DNA from: Phoronis australis
Lineage: Eukaryota; Animalia; Phoronida
NCBI GenBank assembly: GCA_002633005.1
Contig: NMRA01000034.1
Location: forward strand, 345,696-409,695
Direction of reading: 5' to 3'
Length of the DNA stretch: 64,000 nucleotides
Part shown: in pieces, positions 39,301 to 52,239 of the stretch
Layout of the letters: each line of letters begins with the position of its first letter
How positions within the stretch are numbered: position 1 is the stretch's first letter
Position numbers and translations under genes: made by a program
Notes under the pieces: generated by a model
What the model was told of the DNA's origin: nothing
The model's input: the letters and a program-made list of their open reading frames with translations, nothing else
Database searches by the model: none

Positions 39301-40589
39301 ATCTTCCTTTGTTCTGTGTTTGCAATTTCGGAAGTGATGCTAGTTATAAAATAATCTATAAAATATCACGTTAGGCGATCAGTTGTCATCAACTATGTAA
39401 CGTTAATTTTCTCTGTCGGACCTGGATGACTAATGTCTCTGAAAATACCATTTGCAGACTAGTTATATTGTGTATTAAAGCGAACGGCAATTCTAATTTT
39501 TCATTACGAGCGCAAAACCAGCTGTGTCGCGTTTTGAGGCCGAGGGCAAATTAAAGACCAGGGTTTCTGAGTCATTTCTGGCTTTTTTATTATTTTAAAC
39601 TATATGATTTCCGAGGCGTTATTTGCCAGGCTGGGCCCTTTTAGTGCTTCTACCCCCGCTTGCAAAAATAACTGCGCACTAGTGGAGAGGTTTGACTATT
39701 GATACACACACACATGTTGATATGAAGTGAAAGTCTGCAGTGGCTGTCATTTTACCCACACCATGTGGCCCACCCTCAGATGACCCCGAAATGAACATTA
39801 AAAATCGCAATAAACATTGACAGATCTTGTGAAGTAATGGTCTTCGAGTTTTTTGAAATTTTTCACGTAAACAAATGCTAAACTGGCTGAACAGTGCCAC
39901 AACAATAATAAAAGTACTCATATCGAGCTCGGATCAAAATGGCCAAGTTCAAATATAAGATAAAATAAGCTATTTAAGGTTATGTAGAACCTTAGAAAAA
40001 TGACCAAATTTGGTTAACTTTGGATCGTCATATTTCAGAAAAGCTGTGAAACGTTCAGATACTATGCTTTATATACTGTTCCCCAGAACGCCGTTGCGAG
40101 TTGGCTTTGTAATTTTCCACTTTTGCATGAGGTGCTATAAAAATAAGACTTTTATGGTCTTCATGAAATCAAGCTAAAATTTCATAAAACGAAAACGAAG
40201 TGATAATTTAGAAAACTGTAACATTTTTGAGAATTCACCTTAAATATTTATATCAAATGAAATTGGGTAACGTTATTGATGCCTAAATATTACTAAAAAT
40301 AGGGTGGCCACGTGACCTGATTCAAGGCAGATTCATATAAAGTCCAAAATCGAATTCTACTTTATCTTTGTACTTTCAGAAACCATATTCTTCATTGCGA
40401 ATAATGCATTGTTTTTCAGATATCTGGCTAAATATACAGGCTCGTTGATAATGAAAACTATTTGCTGGCGGTCTGGTACGCGTTGTACCAGACGTGTGCA
40501 GGCGCCCAGGCGGGCACGTCTGGTAGGCCTACACGTTATACCAGACGTGTGCAGGCCGCCCATGTTTAATCTTTATTAATGCATATTAA

Positions 40590-41463
40590 TAGCATTAAAC
40601 ATTTCTTGCCCTTAGAAACTTTGACAACTGTTTGTATTGGTCTTGTCCTCCCTCAATTTAATTATGGAATTCTGCTAATTACAGAAAAAGGTTATTCGCA
40701 CTATTACCTCTACTTATTTTAATGCCCATACAGATCTTTTATTTAAGACTACACAGATACTTAAAATAAAGTACTTGTATGCTATTGCTATTATCATTTT
40801 TTCTACAAATATGTTCATAATTACGTACCTTCATTTTTTAGCACGTTCAATTTAATAACTTGTGGGTCTGTTCAGGAACATTACACTAGACAACGACATC
40901 TACAAACTCCTCGTTGTGCTAAATCATTTGCTAAAGATTCAGTTCGCAATGTCCTATCTCATATCATTAATAACCTTCCTGAAAGTGTTTCCCAAAAAAT
41001 TATACCCATTCATTATCCTCTGTTATAAATTATTTTAAGAAAGCTTGTTTTGAAAGTTATGAACTTGAGTGCACTATTCCCAACTGCTTTGTGTGTATCT
41101 ATTTTCGATAATCTCTCCTAGTCTTTTTACATGTAGATTTAAATTACATTATCACCTAATTTTGTAATTCTGATTATCTGTGACACTGTAGTTTTTTACT
41201 CTGTGGTGGCTTCGTGGTCAGAGGACCCTTCGGGTCCTTCACGGAGTCTCCATAAGCGTAAATTTGTATCATGAGCGACGCACTATAGGGGGCTGGGGGC
41301 TATAGCCCCCACTTTTTTCAGTGCTACGCCGCACGTGGTCTATAGGCGGTGCACCACAGGGGGGCTGAGGGGCTTTAGCCCCCATTTTTTTCAGTGCTGC
41401 GCCTCCCAGGTGTATTAATTGTATTTTTTGTCTTCAACGTGAATAAAGTGTATTACTACTACT
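40590..41463 (+). mobile_element. 3' end of an L2/Crack-group LINE with a MITE in its 3' UTR
   Basis: Relic LKHFLPLETL..LVLPQFNYGIL, LQKKVIR and NAHTDLLFK. A stem-loop aggaccc-ttc-gggtcct lies at 41222-41238, followed by AATAAA and a (TAC)n tail. Confidence 0.72.
41270..41410. mobile_element. CATG-terminal MITE (same family as 34174, opposite orientation) with 5-bp TSD
   Basis: TGTAT lies at 41265-41269 and 41411-41415. The internal ggggctgggggctatag / tttttcagtgct is the reverse complement of the 34174 copy. Confidence 0.78.
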
Positions 41464-43319
41464 ATAGTAAAACCTAGTTGAGGATTTAGAGACCTGACTC
41501 AAGGGTCTAGCAGTGTGCCCCCGTGGGACTCGCAATATAAGAAAGTGGTCTTGCTTTAGTTCACGACTCGATTTCTGACACGTCGCAACAACCAATCTCG
41601 TGTATGAAACTCCGGAGGTTACAAAGTAACAGTCGTACATGTATTTACCATATTTAATTAAAGTCGATTCTGCGAAAAGATTGGATTGTCACGTGTAAGG
41701 TTGCCACCAGTACAAACCACTGTCATTAAAAATGCAACAGCCATGGCTTCAGGCAAAAAGTTAAAGTAATAATTTTCATTTTTGTTCCAGGTTGCTGCTC
41801 TTGAATTGGTGGAATGGCAGAGAGTCAAAACGACGTATTCGAAACTCAGGTACAATATTACTGTTTGCGTTGATCTAGGGGCTGTCCCTCGAAGACTGTA
41901 TTGTCTCTTGTCTTAAAACCAGTCTACGCATGGCTTACCATGTTTCACGAAATCAAACTGATGCTAACAGTTAGAATAACTCTGATCCAAAGGAAAGAAA
42001 TCTGTAACTTGCTAGGAGCAGACTAAAATCCACAGTCAAGAACAAGGAATGGACTTTTGACTGTAGACTCTTCGACATCAGAACCCAGTGGTAGTGTGGG
42101 TGCAGTTTGGGATTACAGAGGTTGTACGCTCCACATCTATTCCTGACCTGCTAAAGTGACGTCATTTCCCCGGATGTGGTTCGCATTAACTTGTTCCAAC
42201 ACGCAGAAAACGACTTTTGTTACTGCCCAGAAACAATCTCAAAAGTCCACCCACTACCAAATAACACATAGGCCAAATGGGCATAAAATATTTATTTTTC
42301 TTGCTTTTTGGGCCCTTATCGCTTCTTGGTTATCAGAAAAATGGCAATTGGGCAATTACCGTGCTCAGAGTTGTACTGACATGCCAGTTAAGCATCTCGA
42401 TCAATCGCGAAGTTCTCAACCTGGAACACCGTGGCAAGCCAGCGAAACGTGGCTTTCAGCATTTAAAATATAGGAAAACTTGGAAAAAAGATCCCTCCAC
42501 CAGCTTGGCCGTTTCCAGTTCATATCGTGAATAATACGCTTTCAAGGAAGTCACGCATTTTTAAAGATATGGGAGAATTTTCACCGCTCGTCCTTCTGAG
42601 CGGCTTTTACCAAGATTAAAGAGAGCGCGGCGCCAGAGCCTGGCGGACTCAGTTGCGATGGCCGTATTGTCCGGTGCGAGCAAGACCCAATTAAATGTAA
42701 TTACCCTACCATAAACTGTATTAAACATCTCTGACTGTACATTATGGCGAATTTTCAAAATGCATTGATCGCTAATTTTCCTTAAAAACGAACACCAGCT
42801 GGAAAAAACAACCAAGTACGGTTTTCGATTTTTAAAAATCGATGAACTAATAATCTAAAAACTACAACCATTGGGTACGATTGAAGATAGACTACAGCGC
42901 GTATTGATATACTCGGTGGATATACAAACGCTGATCAGAGTTAACAATATCACGTGGATTCATTTTTTACTATTCTTTCAATCTCGTTTAACCAGATTTT
43001 TGACCAGGAAACAGTTGTGCCTACTTTTCATTTTTTATTAATGATAAAGAGCTAGAATAGTTACAGTGTATATAGTCAGTGCCACCGAAATTGTCCAGAG
43101 ATTCCAAATCTTCAGTTCTGGTTATCACCATATTTGCACTTTTGTATATATTTTATGATTTGGGTTCTAATAAAGATTAAACTTTAATGACACGTGAAAT
43201 GTTTAGTAATAAGGAAAGTTTAAGGATGGGCTCACAATGAACTTAACTTAAGTTTCGCTGGCGATCAAAATCTATCCCTGTTTTGGTACTTCAAGTTTAA
43301 AACATAGATAAAAAGTTAT

Positions 43320-43650
43320 CAACCCGTTCCCGGTAAGAAAAAAAAACAAGTGGGCAGAAGCATTACAAATTAAATCACGAAAACCAATATGAAACATATC
43401 GTTCCTTTGGGAAGTGCCCTTTGTGAAGATAAACATTTTGTAATATTTATAATGTACCGAATTAAAACTACTCTCCATAGTTGCCGGCTGTAACTCTGCA
43501 AATATCAGAGAAAACCAAATTGGGGTTACTAACAACAACCATTGTTGAGACAGTAATGCTAGTTATTACCTTTCCACTTCATTAGCTCACATCTACATCA
43601 ATACAAGGGGCGTGCTGAATAGGCATCGTAAAAGTTGTCTGGGGCTAAGG
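43320..43650. repeat. Dispersed diverged repeat, copy 2 (see 1690-2043)
   Basis: Colinear similarity to 1690-2043 in the same orientation. Confidence 0.8.
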
Positions 43651-43879
43651 GAATCTAAGCTGTGACCAGTGTAAGCGAGGAATTCTTCATATGTTGCAAC
43701 TGTCCCTGTAACAGATCACCTCATCCTTGTGTTCTGCTACAGGACGTCCGTCAGCAATCTCCTTGAGGGAATTGTTCGTATTACTTTAAATATACATGTA
43801 TGACCAGCATATCACTAGGCATGCTCAATAGTTTTCCAGTTCTGGTCTTTAGCTTATTACACTCGTTTGTATGACTTCT

Positions 43880-44520
43880 GTGTGCAACAGAATCAGGGAT
43901 GTGAGTTTGCACCTGAGACGACACGCTCCACATATGGCTTTGCCCTGGCCTCAAGGTGAATGCACAGTGGTGGAAGACTAATTAGTTAATTAGGTTTGTT
44001 GATAACTGTAGTCTGTTTGAATACTATTACTCGTGCCGACATAATAGGCCGGGTAATGGCAACGTAAATCCAGAGCCTATTCTTGGAAGACATCACCCAC
44101 ACTTTAACTACTACACGACTACATCTCATCAGCGTAGTCTTAGCTTTCGAGGCCTTTTCTATATTATGCAGAGTCAAGCAAAGGCGATGATGTAGAATGA
44201 CACCAAAGTAAGTCGCCTTATTTACAAAATGGCTACTAATGATGATGAAAGGCTGAATTGACCGTAGCGAGATGTGTCAAGATAGATGCTGGACACATTG
44301 AAAGCAAAATCGCCTGCATAGGTTTTAACATACAAATTTGGACTCATGGTAGTCGATAATATTCGTAGAAACGATGTTGGAGAGAGTGGGTGAGGCAGCG
44401 CTACCATGAAGTGTGCCCCTGGTGGTGCGAACCGTCACAATCACAACCTTCAAGTACGCTGTTTCGGATCGTCTTCTGAGCATAATGATCCAGCTAGTAG
44501 GACACTTCTTCACCTTGAAG
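43880..44520 (-). mobile_element. Decayed LOA/R1-group LINE RT fragment
   Basis: TTRGTLHGSAASPTLSNIV (GxPQGxxLSPxLWN-like), YAGD (YADD) and LMRCSRVVVKVW..LWIYVAITRPIM. Confidence 0.6.
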
Positions 44521-44724
44521 TGATTTATTGCTACTTGAGCCGCATCGTGCTTAACATTGCAGATGGCAAATAGTTATCAAAAAACGTCCTTTCCAATCTA
44601 TCAACCAGATGATGTAGCACACCTTGCTTGCCAAAACACCAAAGGATGAACATTTGCAGCCATTTGACGCGGAAGGACGTAAGATTATAGGCAGGTTATC
44701 TAGGACCATAATAAACGACATCAG

Positions 44725-45360
44725 ATCTAAGTCAAGTATCGAAAAACTGTGCTTTGTCAACCAGTAAAACCTTATATTGTCTCAAAGGAGAAAGGTCGAG
44801 AAATCTACAAATACGTTTCAGAATCTTACTACTGTGTCTCTATTATTCTCACCACGTTTCTAAATCAAATTTTCATTTGCAATAAAGGTACATTTATAGC
44901 AAAATAACTCCCAGCAGATTTTACTTAAACTTTTTAAAGGACAAAAGAAAAAACGCTGTTAGGAATTTTTTATTATTCCCTAATTCAGGTTTTATGTTAA
45001 ATTAACTAGCAAAACACAAGGCATTTTTGTAAAAAATGATACGGTCTTATTCGTGTATCACTTGGTTCGCAAAGACTAGGCGTTTTAAAGAAAAATCCTG
45101 ACAGCGTTTTTAGACAAACAATAAAGTTTTCATTTAAAAAATCGGCTGGGGTGTTATTTTGCTATGAATGTATCTTTCTTGCACATAATAATTCGACTTA
45201 AAAACGTGGTCACGTGGCAATAATTAAACGATACAGTCATAAGAAGTATAACAGCTTAATATTTAAAGTGAATCATCATCAGAATCCTCAATCTTTCTCC
45301 TTTAAAAAATTCTTTTAATGGTTTACAAAGCATAGTTTCTCAACATCTGAATTGACCTTA
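44725..45360. mobile_element. Old foldback/MITE with about 250-bp diverged inverted arms
   Basis: 44850-44970 (accacgttt..tacatttatagcaaaataac.cccagc.gatttt..aaaaacgctgt.agga) is the reverse complement of 45085-45210. The match extends out to about 44725 and 45360. Confidence 0.7.
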
Positions 45361-45447
45361 AGCCAACCAGATCGCTCCGCCTATAATGTCACGTGATGCG
45401 GAAGTCCGACAACAGAGAATGGCTTCGTCAAGCAAGACCGGGCGTGC

Positions 45448-45586
45448 GTTCAGTAGACGCTAGGACCTACGCTAGGACCTAGCTAAAACCTAGTCAAAGT
45501 CACGTGCTCTCATATAAAATGCATGGCAATATCTCACGTAATCTTGCAAAGTCTTGCTTTTTAGCGAGGTCCTAGAGTTACTGAAC
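45448..45586. mobile_element. MITE, same family as 35531-35672
   Basis: gttcagtagacgctaggacct...aggtcctagagttactgaac with the shared core. Confidence 0.8.
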
Positions 45587-48376
45587 GGGAGGCGGTTTAC
45601 TAACTGATATTCATGCAGACTTTGTCGAACATTATCTTCCCTATGAATCTCGTCATGACAAAGACAGAAGATAAGACCCTTCAGAAAAGGTTCTTACGGG
45701 AACGGGGTGAAGATTTACGTCGAGGACACCTGACATGTAAACCGCCCGCGGATGTTTCAGAAGTCAACGCAAACCCGACGAGCCTCATAGTAGAGTTGAC
45801 ATCAGCGCCGCAAAAAAACTGTACGAATGCGGTTAAAAATAATAGTGAATAACGGTTCTTCCCTCAAAGTAAAGCGAACGTTTTACTAAATTATTGAGGG
45901 GATCAAGAAACCTACTGAGCTGTAACTGTAACAGTTTAGCCGAGAATTTCGTGTTCAGTGGTCGCCGATCCGCCGTGACAGACACACGTAACAAGTCGAA
46001 ATTCGGAGTAACTGTAACCATTCAAATTAACATTTCAAAGTTAGTGATTTTGATGAAGCAACACAAGCCTAACCCGGTCAGTACTTGAGTGGTGGCGTGT
46101 TTATGACCTCCGAAGACAGACTAAACAAAGCACACTTGCCGACTGCGGAATGTTGTCAATCTGTTGTTTTATCTGAGTTTTTTATACTACGTACATGTTA
46201 ACCAATACGAGCACTGCGTATTTGCTATATACCTGCTTGCCGTTTATGTAGTGCTACGGCGTAGCGCCAAAATGCTACATAGGCCTATTTTCGGTAATTA
46301 ATGCACATTTTCTCCGATGTTTATGATAAAGTTTTCAATGCTTTTTTTGGATTTTACTGGCAATCTTTGTCGAATAATAACATATCACGCGCCTTGCTCG
46401 TCATGTACAGGGCCAAGAGGAGTTACGAAGGAATAGGAATAGGCCTATAACAACACTCACAGTAAATACTATACATGTACATGTATGTAAGGGCCTCTAA
46501 TGGGTGAGAAGGTAGAAATACAATTGCAAAAATGCAAAATGCATTTTGACTCTTGATTGACTATATTTTGACTCGTTTTAGTCAGTGCTATGGAAATGGT
46601 TGACATGAATGGTTATAATGAACCAGAACTTGAAGTGATCGCAGATAGCCGGCGAGTCACACACTTAACAAGACCGTAATCCAGAGCCAAAACTCCAATA
46701 TTGCGAAAAAATATTAAAAAGAGTGCATGCCTTAGAACATACCTGTGTTTAGCTTTCGAGTGGCGACAGGTTAGGCTGCTCGTGCGGACGTACACACAGT
46801 TTAATTAATCCACAGTTTGCTCATTAGGCCTACAACGTCACTTTTAGGCTTTGCAAAAGGCCAAATTTGACTGGACTTTAATCTCTGTCGGTATAACGAC
46901 TGTCTTAATTACACACATCATAACAACACCTCTTGGCCATTTAAAATGTAGTTGAAAGTGCTTTGTCCGACAGCAGCTAATGTTTGTTGGACAAGATGGC
47001 GACTTGAACTGCAGTTGGAGGAGTGTCCGGAATGCAACATTCTGATTATTCAATCACACCGGTCATTCATTTTCTGGCGTAAGGTCAGTTAGAGTTGAGG
47101 TCCTAGATAACCGTAAAGAATTCAGCTAACAGTTGTGAGTACGGTTTCGGGATGAAGACTATCACTTTTGTCCGTGTTTTGGGGATACCACTTTGTAGTC
47201 GAAAACTGGCTTTATAAATTGCTGAAAGTGCATGAAATTGCCATCTCCCGACCTCTTTCGGCACCATGGGGTAGATCATGTCTTCCATGATTTATAAGAC
47301 ATCAAAGACAACTCCACGCTACGGCTATGTCTTCAACATTTGTGTAAACTAATGATTCACTCTACTCGATTTCCGTCACCTCATAACAATGACTTGACTG
47401 GTTTACACGATTAAGACAACGCTCACCCATCATGACTTCTAGTGCAGGAGCAAATATATGAGCCATCCGAGAGAGCTGAAGGATTGATCCTTCTTTAACA
47501 ATTGCACCAGCTTTGTTGATGCAGAGAGGCTGTTTGTTTGCTGACTGCTCTTCCTATAGAAATTACGTGTAACTTTGCAATATACGTGCCTTGCCCCGAT
47601 AGGTCGCCATTTTTGGTCCACTAAATCTATTGTTTGACAACGTTTGTGGCAGCAACTATGCATTGACCTGTCCACTCTATTGGCGTTTTTGTACTCAATA
47701 CAGAGCGGAGCATAAAAGACGTTGCCACTTTAAACCTGATGTAGCTGTGGTCAAATAGAGAGGGTGCAGAATCCACTCCCCAGTTTGTTACCACGTCGAC
47801 AGCAGGCGATCGAGTTAGTCAGATTAAGGTCTAAAACCTTCTCTCGGTTTTTCACAACAAATTTAAACTCATGGCGCTTTTTGTGGTGAAACGTGTTACG
47901 TGTGACGTTTGCGTGATAGAGTCCGTGGCTCCCTATCGTCTCCACGGCCTTCCACTGCCAAAGCACGCGTTACAGCTGCACTTATACACCGTGTTCTCAG
48001 GACGTTTTTGACATCATGGGGATTACCGAACTAAAACGAATCACTGACTGAATCCGCAATGAGTGACAGGGGCCAGTAGCTTTCAGAAAACCCAACCAGA
48101 ATAGTGATTGAACTATTTTTAATTTGTATTGTAATTTCATAATTCTCCAGAAAGTCCATTATATTAATAGTTAAAAGGAATGGTTGCATGTAGATATGCG
48201 AGAGCAATCATTATCGAATGCATGTTTAAAATGACAATTTATTGTTCTGAACTCCTTGGTCGTATAGAGATTATTGTTTTATTAATGAAATTCATCACGG
48301 TTTATGAACCGTCAAACATTGTTGTCTTAGCATGCGTCGATGACGAAACTCAAAGCAAGCTGTCTATGGTTTGCAG

Positions 48377-51078
48377 GTACGTCATTTGTGCTTGAACGAG
48401 TCGCTTGTCGACAATGAGCACTCGCCAAACAGAGACACCAGCGGAAAACGTATGTTTTGCCACATTGTTTTTCACGACGGCGAAGATGGTTGCAGGCGAA
48501 TGGTTTATCAGTGGTTCTTGATTGGACGACAAGAAGTTAAGATGTTCGCTATTTGCTTTAGACTCCAAGAGTCCCAGTGGGTAAAGTTCTCGGAAACCGA
48601 AACTAAAAGTATAAAGCATCCGTCTCTTGTCGGTGAAAACTACTACACCAGTTCGCCATGTTGGTCACGTGATGGCTCCTTTATTATTTTGGACAGTGGA
48701 AGAACGACAGAGGACTCACAACAGAAAACGAAGTTATATCTGTGGCACATAAAAGAACAATACTTCGCGTGTAGCCTTATTCTCATTCCAACAACAACTG
48801 AGCCTGGAAAAAAGACTGACAACATTGACGATTTTTATTTCGTCACAGGATTTAGGAATCACTTGTCTGTAAGAGATGAAAGGCTTAACATTCTAGTTTC
48901 CGGTTACAAATGTTTCCCGCCTGACGACGACATGTGCATTATAGATGCATTCCAAGTTAGTGAACAGGACGTCACTTACGTAGATGGAAGCAGAATCTCG
49001 GGGAAAGGTTATACATTGCTGCCAATCGAAAGCAAGCTTGTCACTCTTGGAAACAGCTTCAAGTGTTATTTCTGGGATCAAAATATGAAATCACCCGTTG
49101 ACGTTGATATCTCAGACGTCCAAATTCCGAACAATTACATACACAAAGATTATCATCCAATTCAGATTGTGTCGTCACCAGATGAAACCATGGTGGTTGT
49201 TTTACAGGTTGGTGATTTCGTTACTTCCGAAGTGTTTCTACGGTGGCCCTTAGATATTGTAAACTGTGATGAAAAATCGTAGATCTTAGTACCCATCTTG
49301 TTGCACGTTCTCACTGTTTCAATGATTGTGTCAATTAAGGATTATCTGATCTTTTAAGGGTTCATCAACCCCGGACTCTTATTTCTTCTTTGACAATTTT
49401 TTTCGTCTGCTACATTTTACTTCCAGGTCCACACCAAAGTGGTGCGATTACTTCTCTTTCGGCTGAATTTAACTGAAAATTCGGTCAAATTCATTCAGGA
49501 GCTGGATAAGGAAAGTCGTCCTGCACGTTATCCCTGCATAGGATATGGAGGGCCATACAGGTAACAGTATTTACAAGATAAACCATTGTACTTCGCGAAC
49601 CTAAATCAGTTGGGGCCTCATACTTGTAGGTTTTAAAAATTTGAAAATTGGCTTCTTGTCCATCAAGTATACTTGCACTCAATACGAACTTGTGTTACAA
49701 ACTTCGCGGTTTGATCAACATGAATTAAGACCGATGTATTTGAAGATTTCTGAAACTAATCCTTGCATCTCCAGCTTTAGTCACGTAGATACTGTTCTTC
49801 TAAAACGGCTTTCACCTCATTGCTGCTACGAATAACGTCTTAAAATAAGAATAACTCGAGAAGATGCGATGGTTTTAGACGTTTTGCCAGCATAGCCATT
49901 TTTTGTTTTTATGCATATAGTGTATATGAAAATTTCATTCTTCAAATGGACCCATCCGGTGCAAGAACACCCATTTTTTCTATTGGCAGTCATTACATTA
50001 ACAGTGCGTGAAATGAGGTGCTTCGTGATGTTGTGTTTTAAAACGTCCACAGGTTAACATCCTGTTAATTTCTTCTTAAGATTCATCTTAAACAAGTGTG
50101 GATGCACCAAGATGGTGCAATATCTCACGTAAGTCGTGGACCTTAGGATACCTCATCACTTCTTAAACCCTAAACTTCCTCATTTCATGTTTTGGGGATG
50201 TTCACCAGCCTCCGCGCTGTGCACATTGAGGTGCGCAATGATGTTCTGGTGATTACTACAGGATATAATCCGTTTTACAGCCGAGCAATGCATTTTTGGA
50301 TTTATTGTTGGATGAGATGGGCTTTCTGAAGTAGCTAACTTTGTCTGGAACTTATCCGTTGTGTGTTTTTGAACTTATATATCAAATCCCCATTTCCCGT
50401 CGTTGGCTGTCAGTCATTCGTTGAAATCGAGGCCGAGATTTTTTTATCTGTGAAAAACGCTTGAAATGCTCGGGTCACTTGAAGTAAAGTTGTTTAGGTA
50501 GTGGAATCTCTTCCGTTTAGGAGTTGATCAAAAAGTCCTAGCGTGTAACTAGCTGCTAGTTTTCCATGTCAATAAAATATGCCTGTGTTCATAAATGCGA
50601 TACCATTGTGTTATAAAAGTTTCCAATGATTTATTATAAATATCGCCTATGTCAAGGGTTTTTGCTTTTAGATGACGGTCTCGGTAGGAGTAAGAAATGT
50701 AATAAAGTTGTAACTATTTTCACTGCTAGGTACCTGGTCGCTTTCACTGATGACTCTGAAGTGGTAGCTGGGTGCTGTCAGAATATGGGAAAAATTCGCA
50801 TTTACAATATCGCAGGGGATGAGACAAAGGAGGTCAGTTATGATTCGTTTGACGAATCCACACTGTGCAAGCCCGTCTGTGGAATGTGGTGCCAGGCTTG
50901 CGTGGACAGCAGGTTTACGCTGGGCCGCAACAACCAAATGGAATGTCAGGTATCTCTGGAGAATTTAGAGGATGCCTTGCCGAGTGACGTGGCACATTTG
51001 AGCACGCGCACGCCTACTGTTTGCAGCTTTAGAAATGGTCCGCTCAAGAACATGACCACACTGCAATTGAAGTTTTAG
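48377..51078 (+). CDS. Spliced host gene for an uncharacterised beta-propeller/WD40-like protein (exons 48377-49207, 49427-49560, 50730-51078; 5' end unresolved)
   Basis: There are three open exons with GT-AG junctions in matching phase: CAG|gttggt..ttccag|GTC (phase 0) and AG|gtaaca..tgctag|G (phase 2). Blade-like motifs are CWSRDGSFIIL..LYLWHI, IVSSPDETMVVV and VAFTDDSEVVAG..GKIRIYNI. Confidence 0.72.
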
Positions 51079-52239
51079 TTAGATGTCGTTTGGCTATTTC
51101 CGGTGGTTTTTGATGATTGAAGCAATTGATTTTGCTTTTTCAATCATTTCTGTTTTGATGAAGCCTTTGGCTTTTCACATCAGTACAAACTGTGCATCTG
51201 GATTATTTACATGACCACTGATAGCTGTATATATGATGCTGTATGACTAACGGTATATTGAGCATCTTGATCCTGTTGGGATACCACGTTACATGCATGC
51301 CGCCCGGAGGTGAGATGTCGCGGCAATTCCAGAACTGACCAAATTGTATCAGATGCTGTAGAAACCACAAACCGTGGACACGAAGCACTCAGGCCATGTC
51401 TGTACATAAAAGCAAATAAGAATTGTCTAATCTAATAAGAGACGAAACAAAAAGTAAAAGAAGTATTGTTGGTTGTATTATTAATAAAACAAATAGAAAC
51501 CGGCCACACGCGCATATTAGGTCATGTGGAGCTCGGAAAGTTGTTCTCAGCCTTCGGCCTCGGGCAACATCGCTCTTCATTTATCAATATCACTTGATAT
51601 CGGTTCGGCATTGCTCGATATTTGTGTAATATCGGTGCAATTTTGTAATTTTCATTAATCGGTACATCTTATCCTCCAGAGTTTTAGAATAGGCAAATCT
51701 GATGTCACTTTCGTGCTCTGTAAACTGGAGTTGTATGTTGGATGCTGGCTGGTAGATTTTAATATTGCAGTGTCCACGTAACTTGTATAGATACTCTTGT
51801 GACATGCAGTCCCCTTTACAAGACTGCACCACGGCTTGGGTAATGTGCCAAGTGTAATCCTTAGTGAAGGCGTTGAGACAAGAGGCTCTCCGTGGTTAGG
51901 GGATCAATCGACTTTTAAAGATTCAAAGGCAAGGTAATTGCCATGATCTCATGAACGAGTATTGTCGACTCAGTGATTGTGCTCCACATAATATCTCAGA
52001 TACACTGTATTTCGGAATATACGGACAACCAAGCCTCAGAAATTTGTGCACAGCTGTATTAAGACCTAGAGACAGAGGAATTATCACAAATGTAAGTTTT
52101 AAGGACAGCCCATAGTCTACAGGAGAAAACTGTGTTTGCTGCAACGCCTATCTCTCTTCTCTGCAATGTTGTTACGTAATCCGCCATTACAATGCCAAGA
52201 AGCAAAGACAGGGGCCGCGCTAATACTCGCAGCCCTATT

